Shown piece after piece: positions 60,418 through 64,000 of a DNA stretch of 64,000 nt. Numbering within the stretch: position 1 is the stretch's first letter; the number at the start of each line of letters is the position of its first letter. Under the pieces are notes generated by a model. It was given only the letters and a program-made list of their open reading frames with translations. It did not search any database and was not told the origin of the DNA. Made by a program: the position numbers and the translations under genes. Origin of the DNA: Candidatus Saccharimonadales bacterium. GTDB lineage: Bacteria > Patescibacteriota > Saccharimonadia > Saccharimonadales > UBA10212. The DNA is taken from NCBI GenBank assembly GCA_049521895.1, contig JBEKOJ010000001.1:162717-226716 (forward strand), in the 5' to 3' direction.

Positions 60418-61591
60418 CTACAGCAAAAGCGGCTTCGGTCAAGGTCATATTTTGTTTTTTTGATGCTTCGTAGACTTGGTCTGTTGCCTTAACTAGATAG
60501 TTCTCCAGCGCTCGGTTGACTTTATCCTCCGGCCAGTGTTCTTCATTTTTATTTTGTAGCCATTCTAGATAGCTGACTATCACGCCGCCGGCATTGGCCA
60601 AGATATCCGGCACCACGGTTTTACCCACGGCACTTAAAGTTTTGTAAGCATCGTAGCTCACTGGGCCATTGGCTAGCTCAAGTATAATTTTAGCCCTTAC
60701 TTGGCCGGCGTTATCCTTGGTCACCGCGTCTTCCAAAGCCGCCAGTACCAGCACATCCACGTCCAGGCCGATTAGATCTTCGTTACTGATTTTTTGCCCG
60801 ATTTTAAAGCCTGCTAGCTTACCGCCAGATTTTTTATATTCATCTAGGCTTTTGGCCGAGAAGCCGGTTTTGTTGTATACGCCGCCGCTGGAATCGGTTG
60901 CGGCCACAAGTTTCCAGTCGTCATGTTCTGCTTTAGCTACCAGCGCAAAAAATGACCCGACGTTTCCCCAACCCTGCACGGCATAGGTTATCGGTTTATT
61001 AATACTTAACTTGTTAAGTAATTCACGCAGTACGATTACTCCGCCACGCCCGGTCGCTGCGTCCCGCCCCAAGCTGCCGCCATTGTCTATACTCTTGCCA
61101 GTAAAGCTAGCCTTGGATTTGTCGCCAGTTAACTGCTCAAACTCATCTACCATCCAGTCGATGATTTGGGCGTTGGTGTTAACATCTGGTGCTGGTACGT
61201 CCTTATCTGGCCCTATGTGCTGGTGCAAGCCGCGGACGTATTTTCGCGACAACTCTTCTAGCTCGGCCTTTGTCAGCTCTTTGGGATTAACCACCACCCC
61301 GCCCTTGCCGCCGCCCATCGGCAGTCCGGCCACAGCCGTCTTAAAACTCATAAGCGTCGCCAGCGCCCGCACTTCATTCAAATCAACGTTGGGATGGAAG
61401 CGTATGCCCCCTTTGTAAGGCCCGAGTTTGTTGCTGTGCTGCACGCGGTATGCCTGGAATTTTTTGCCGCTTTTTAGCTCTATCTCAAAGTTGTGTTCGG
61501 TGTCAGGTGCTATCAAATCAGCTATCTGCTCGTCTGATAAATTGAGTTTTTTACCGGTGTCTTTTATAAGCGCGACCGCCGTCTCTAGCAT
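60395..61591 (-). CDS. gdh: Glu/Leu/Phe/Val dehydrogenase family protein (glutamate dehydrogenase-like)
   Basis: ..GPYKGGIRFHP.. and ..GLPMGGGKGGV.. are the catalytic Lys region, and a Rossmann domain ..VQGWGNVG.. follows. Confidence 0.92.
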   Translation of the reverse strand: MLETAVALIKDTGKKLNLSDEQIADLIAPDTEHNFEIELKSGKKFQAYRVQHSNKLGPYKGGIRFHPNVDLNEVRALATLMSFKTAVAGLPMGGGKGGVVVNPKELTKAELEELSRKYVRGLHQHIGPDKDVPAPDVNTNAQIIDWMVDEFEQLTGDKSKASFTGKSIDNGGSLGRDAATGRGGVIVLRELLNKLSINKPITYAVQGWGNVGSFFALVAKAEHDDWKLVAATDSSGGVYNKTGFSAKSLDEYKKSGGKLAGFKIGQKISNEDLIGLDVDVLVLAALEDAVTKDNAGQVRAKIILELANGPVSYDAYKTLSAVGKTVVPDILANAGGVIVSYLEWLQNKNEEHWPEDKVNRALENYLVKATDQVYEASKKQNMTLTEAAFAVATARLVV

Positions 61592-61625
61592 AGTTTCTCT
61601 CTTTTAATTTCTCCTGCAACTAACC

Positions 61626-61631
61626 ATTATA
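61626..61631 (-). promoter_or_regulatory. -10 box TATAAT upstream of gdh (34-nt leader with AGGAGA)
   Basis: The minus strand reads gggTTATAATggttagttgcAGGAGAaattaaaagagagaaactATG. Confidence 0.4.
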
Positions 61632-62007
61632 ACCCACGGAAATTCTGTCCCGTTTTGTGCGGAGCTGTACAAAACGGAAGGAGCAAAGCCGGCTGAAAAG
61701 ACAAAAACTCAAGCCATCAGTGCTCCGGGTTGGGTTTTGTCTACGAAGCCGTGCTTTGCGATGGTGGTCCTAAGAGGGCATCTTTCAAACCCTTCTGAAG
61801 ACCTTATTAATCTTACTTCGAAGTTAGGAAAGTCGCCAATGAGGTCGCTTGCGGACATCATGGAGTAGTGGCGAAGGTGGCACGATCACTAGCTTCGCCT
61901 AAGGCCACGAGTCATCACAGCCTTGGGTGAAGCCCCAGGATTAACGTACCTGGGTAGTACAAACCTTACGGCTCACGGGTCATAGGTTGACCAGTCCTCT
62001 GGCAGCT

Positions 62008-62424
62008 TCACGGCCCGGGCCCTATCCCGGCAACGGGTCGCTTGAAAATCACGGCTGCGCAGATCATGACCGAGAGTGCCCCTCCCAGAATCTGCCAAAT
62101 GCCAGGCGGCGCAAACACCGTGAAGAGAAGAACTCCGTTCAGCACGGTGTAGGCGAGCAGCGTCCAGCCCACCACGAAGGCTCCGAAGAACACGACGAAC
62201 AGGAACACGACCGCCATGTAGATCCACTTCAGAGCTTCGCCAACCGACTTCGGCCAGCGCATGGACAGCGCCTGCTTTGGCAAGCGTGGACTCCGGGATC
62301 CAGATCGTTTCACCTTCCGGATCCAGGGATAGTTCATGGCCACCAGGTCAGCCAAGGCGACCAGGCGGAAGACCAGCGAGACAGCTGTTGCTCCGCTGGC
62401 AATTACAACTGTGAGCATGATCAC
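62008..62424 (-). CDS. Small membrane protein (138 aa, about 4 TM), G+C-rich gene
   Basis: It is the best of three overlapping ORFs: it has hydrophobic segments and a 4-nt ATGA overlap with the upstream wHTH gene. Confidence 0.6.
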   Translation of the reverse strand: MIMLTVVIASGATAVSLVFRLVALADLVAMNYPWIRKVKRSGSRSPRLPKQALSMRWPKSVGEALKWIYMAVVFLFVVFFGAFVVGWTLLAYTVLNGVLLFTVFAPPGIWQILGGALSVMICAAVIFKRPVAGIGPGP

Positions 62425-62741
62425 CTCCTATCGAGGTAGTTGACGGAAAACTCGAAGCCGTGCTTGACCGCTTGCCGGCCGTGTTGGGTGATCATGAAGT
62501 GATCGACGTCAGCACCAGCTGATCGATGGCTGAAGCCCTTGCCTCTGGTGCTACGCACCAGGCCTTGCTGCTCGAGCTTCTGGAGGGCAACGGTGATAAG
62601 GCTGCCGTTGCGGCCAGTGGCTCGAACCAGATCGGTGACGGTCATCCCTTTCGATGACTCGCCCAGGCAGTTCAGGACGTCAGTGGCCACCGCGATGATT
62701 CGTCGATAGCCTGCGGCCTTGAACATCCTAAGTAGGCCCAT
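62421..62741 (-). CDS. Winged-helix transcriptional regulator (MarR/PadR-like, 106 aa)
   Basis: ..MTVTDLVRATGRNGSLITVALQKLEQQGLVRS.. is a wHTH recognition-helix plus wing pattern. Confidence 0.6.
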   Translation of the reverse strand: MGLLRMFKAAGYRRIIAVATDVLNCLGESSKGMTVTDLVRATGRNGSLITVALQKLEQQGLVRSTRGKGFSHRSAGADVDHFMITQHGRQAVKHGFEFSVNYLDRR

Positions 62742-62865
62742 AGGATTCCTTTCGCAGTCGTTGTCCTTACCAGCTATTAAGGCTCGGATAAAGCGCTAAT
62801 AGCCGGCAAGGAGCACTACGCACGCTTGAAAAGAACAATCCGGAGCTACAAAGCTTAACGGAATG

Positions 62866-62887
62866 CGGATATTATAACATCTATCCG
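62866..62887. promoter_or_regulatory. Inverted repeat CGGATA-N10-TATCCG overlapping an extended -10 (TGTTATAAT) upstream of the wHTH gene
   Basis: The minus strand reads CGGATAgaTGTTATAATATCCG. This makes it a candidate autoregulatory operator. Confidence 0.35.
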
Positions 62888-62967
62888 TGGGTTAGACAAT
62901 TACTGGAAGGGTGGCGGAAGCGGCACAAGCGCTAGGCAGTAAACGATGCCCCACACCAGGCAGTATG

Positions 62968-63585
62968 TCAGTATCTATATGTCATTCTGCCATTCGCAAA
63001 TTGGTGCTCAGTAGTATCTCTATCTACAATGGACTTAAATTTGTCTACTTCGGCTAGCAAGTCCTTTGGGTTGAAACAACCAGCGATTAGCGCATCAGGA
63101 ATCGGGTGGCCAGTGTAATAGCCTGGCAGTAGGAGGGCGTTTGGGCTCGGAGGCTTAAAAAGTGAACTCTTCGGGTGTTGCTTTCGTAACCAGATAGCAG
63201 AGGTGTTGTCTCTATTAGCTGGGATTGGAGTATCTGGGAAGTCAAAGTACTTCTTATTTTCTCTCCAGTGCTCCTTGAGATTCCGTAAATTTCTTACCGC
63301 TTCTTCGACATCTTTACGAATCTGACTTTTAATGAGCCCGCGAAGTTGTTTGTTGAACCCCGGGCTTCTCAGCGAGTCATACCAGTGGCAGCCGCTAATT
63401 AGTAAGCGATGAGTGTATCTTTGCTCAGCATCCATGTCGGATGGCAGTTGATCAGGTGAACGATACTTCGCAACTTCTATAACCCAATCTTCAACATCTC
63501 GTCTTACTCGATCAGTCCATTTCTCAAAATCAAAATACGCGCTTCTTTGTGCGGCGGATGGTAACAACAACTTATTCATCGTCAA
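62968..63585 (-). CDS. Hypothetical protein (205 aa)
   Basis: A long ORF in which I recognised no domain. Its composition is closer to the bulk genome than that of the neighbouring G+C-rich pair. Confidence 0.6.
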   Translation of the reverse strand: MTMNKLLLPSAAQRSAYFDFEKWTDRVRRDVEDWVIEVAKYRSPDQLPSDMDAEQRYTHRLLISGCHWYDSLRSPGFNKQLRGLIKSQIRKDVEEAVRNLRNLKEHWRENKKYFDFPDTPIPANRDNTSAIWLRKQHPKSSLFKPPSPNALLLPGYYTGHPIPDALIAGCFNPKDLLAEVDKFKSIVDRDTTEHQFANGRMTYRY

Positions 63586-63674
63586 AGCCCATATATAGTG
63601 TCGTTTTTACAGCACCGATTGGTACAAGCGATCGGAACAGAACGACCCCAGAGAAGTTAGCAACAAAAATCACT

Positions 63675-63759
63675 TGGTGGGCGAGAAAGGACTTGAACCT
63701 TCACGTCTTGCGACACCAGGTCCTAAACCTGGCGTGTCTACCAATTCCACCACTCGCCC
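63675..63759 (-). tRNA. trnL: tRNA-Leu (anticodon UAG), long variable arm, CCA end encoded
   Basis: Acceptor GGGCGAG/CTCGCCC, anticodon arm CCAGG-TTTAGGA-CCTGG, T arm GAAGG-TTCAAGT-CCTTT. Confidence 0.9.
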
Positions 63760-64000
63760 TCGTCAAGGCTAACGCTTCCACATCTCGTTTTGGCGAAATG
63801 CCAAAAGCTCAATCTTAAGCTACGCCTTTCCTCTCAATTTCGCAAAGCTCTGCAAAGCACGATTTTGCAAAATTGGTAAACTACAGTAACAGATGTATTT
63901 TAGCTTATTTTTCTATAAAAACCAACCTGGGATAAGTACTGCTAAATCCTGCTTTTGCCATCGAAAGCCGAGGAAACCATATTTCTAGCAACCTCTTGTT

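Noticed and set aside
61709-61861. 50-aa minus-strand ORF (MMSASDLIGDFPNFEV...) in the noncoding stretch.
   Set aside because: It has no SD and no recognisable motif, and it sits in a region where every other frame is stop-rich. There is not enough evidence to call it a gene.
61973-62439. ORFs 61973..62227 (minus) and 61987..62439 (plus), which overlap the membrane-protein gene.
   Set aside because: High G+C keeps all frames open in this region. Only 62008..62424 (minus) has TM-helix periodicity and an ATGA coupling to the upstream regulator gene.
61592-63674. Calling the tRNA-Leu-adjacent stretch a mobile element or prophage remnant.
   Set aside because: I found no integrase, transposase or phage gene, no tRNA-derived direct repeat and no terminal inverted repeats. 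I report it only as a possibly acquired islet.

Overview
This 64-kb window is a core housekeeping region in which about 80 of 84 genes lie on the minus strand. Gene content and order point to a small-genome CPR/Patescibacteria bacterium, possibly Saccharibacteria-like. That assignment is an inference from four observations: rpmD is missing between rpsE and rplO, adk and map are missing after secY, many r-proteins carry K/E/A-rich tails, and TGA is used as a stop codon (standard code).

Reading the minus strand from high to low coordinates, the window contains:
- tRNA-Leu, then a small accessory stretch that includes a visibly G+C-rich gene pair (wHTH regulator plus 4-TM protein).
- gdh, hisS, tig and clpP.
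- One long translation/transcription supercluster: rpoB-rpoC-rpsL-rpsG-fusA-tuf-rpsJ-rplCDWB-rpsS-rplV-rpsC-rplP-rpmC-rpsQ-rplNXE-rpsNH-rplFR-rpsE-rplO-secY-infA-rpmJ-rpsMKD-rpoA-rplQ-rplM-rpsI.
- trpS, rluD-like, holB, a TPR protein, tRNA-Thr/Tyr, a DHH phosphoesterase, rpmG and tRNA-Trp.
- A P-loop kinase, a DUF45 hydrolase and a PAS histidine kinase.
- secE-nusG-rplKA, a dcd-like gene, a tmk/ThyX-like fusion and rplJL.
- dnaX, dnaB, a membrane protein, ybaB, recR, a second DHH protein and cysS.

Only a partial GT1 glycosyltransferase, an AI-2E permease, one tRNA-Thr and one membrane protein are on the plus strand.

The noteworthy points are not a classical defence or mobile system. They are:
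1. Three paralogous, G+C-rich, structured intergenic elements whose central hairpin keeps pairing despite sequence change.
2. Families of low-complexity quasi-palindromic repeats filling unusually long spacers inside the r-protein operons.
3. A near-consensus CIRCE operator embedded in a near-leaderless clpP promoter.
4. Several small ORFs and foreign genes inserted at normally invariant junctions (rpsG/fusA, fusA/tuf, tuf/rpsJ, rpsJ/rplC, rplO/secY).
5. A Tmk/ThyX-like fusion next to a dCTP-deaminase-like gene.

All calls come from reading the sequence and the ORF track. No searches were run.
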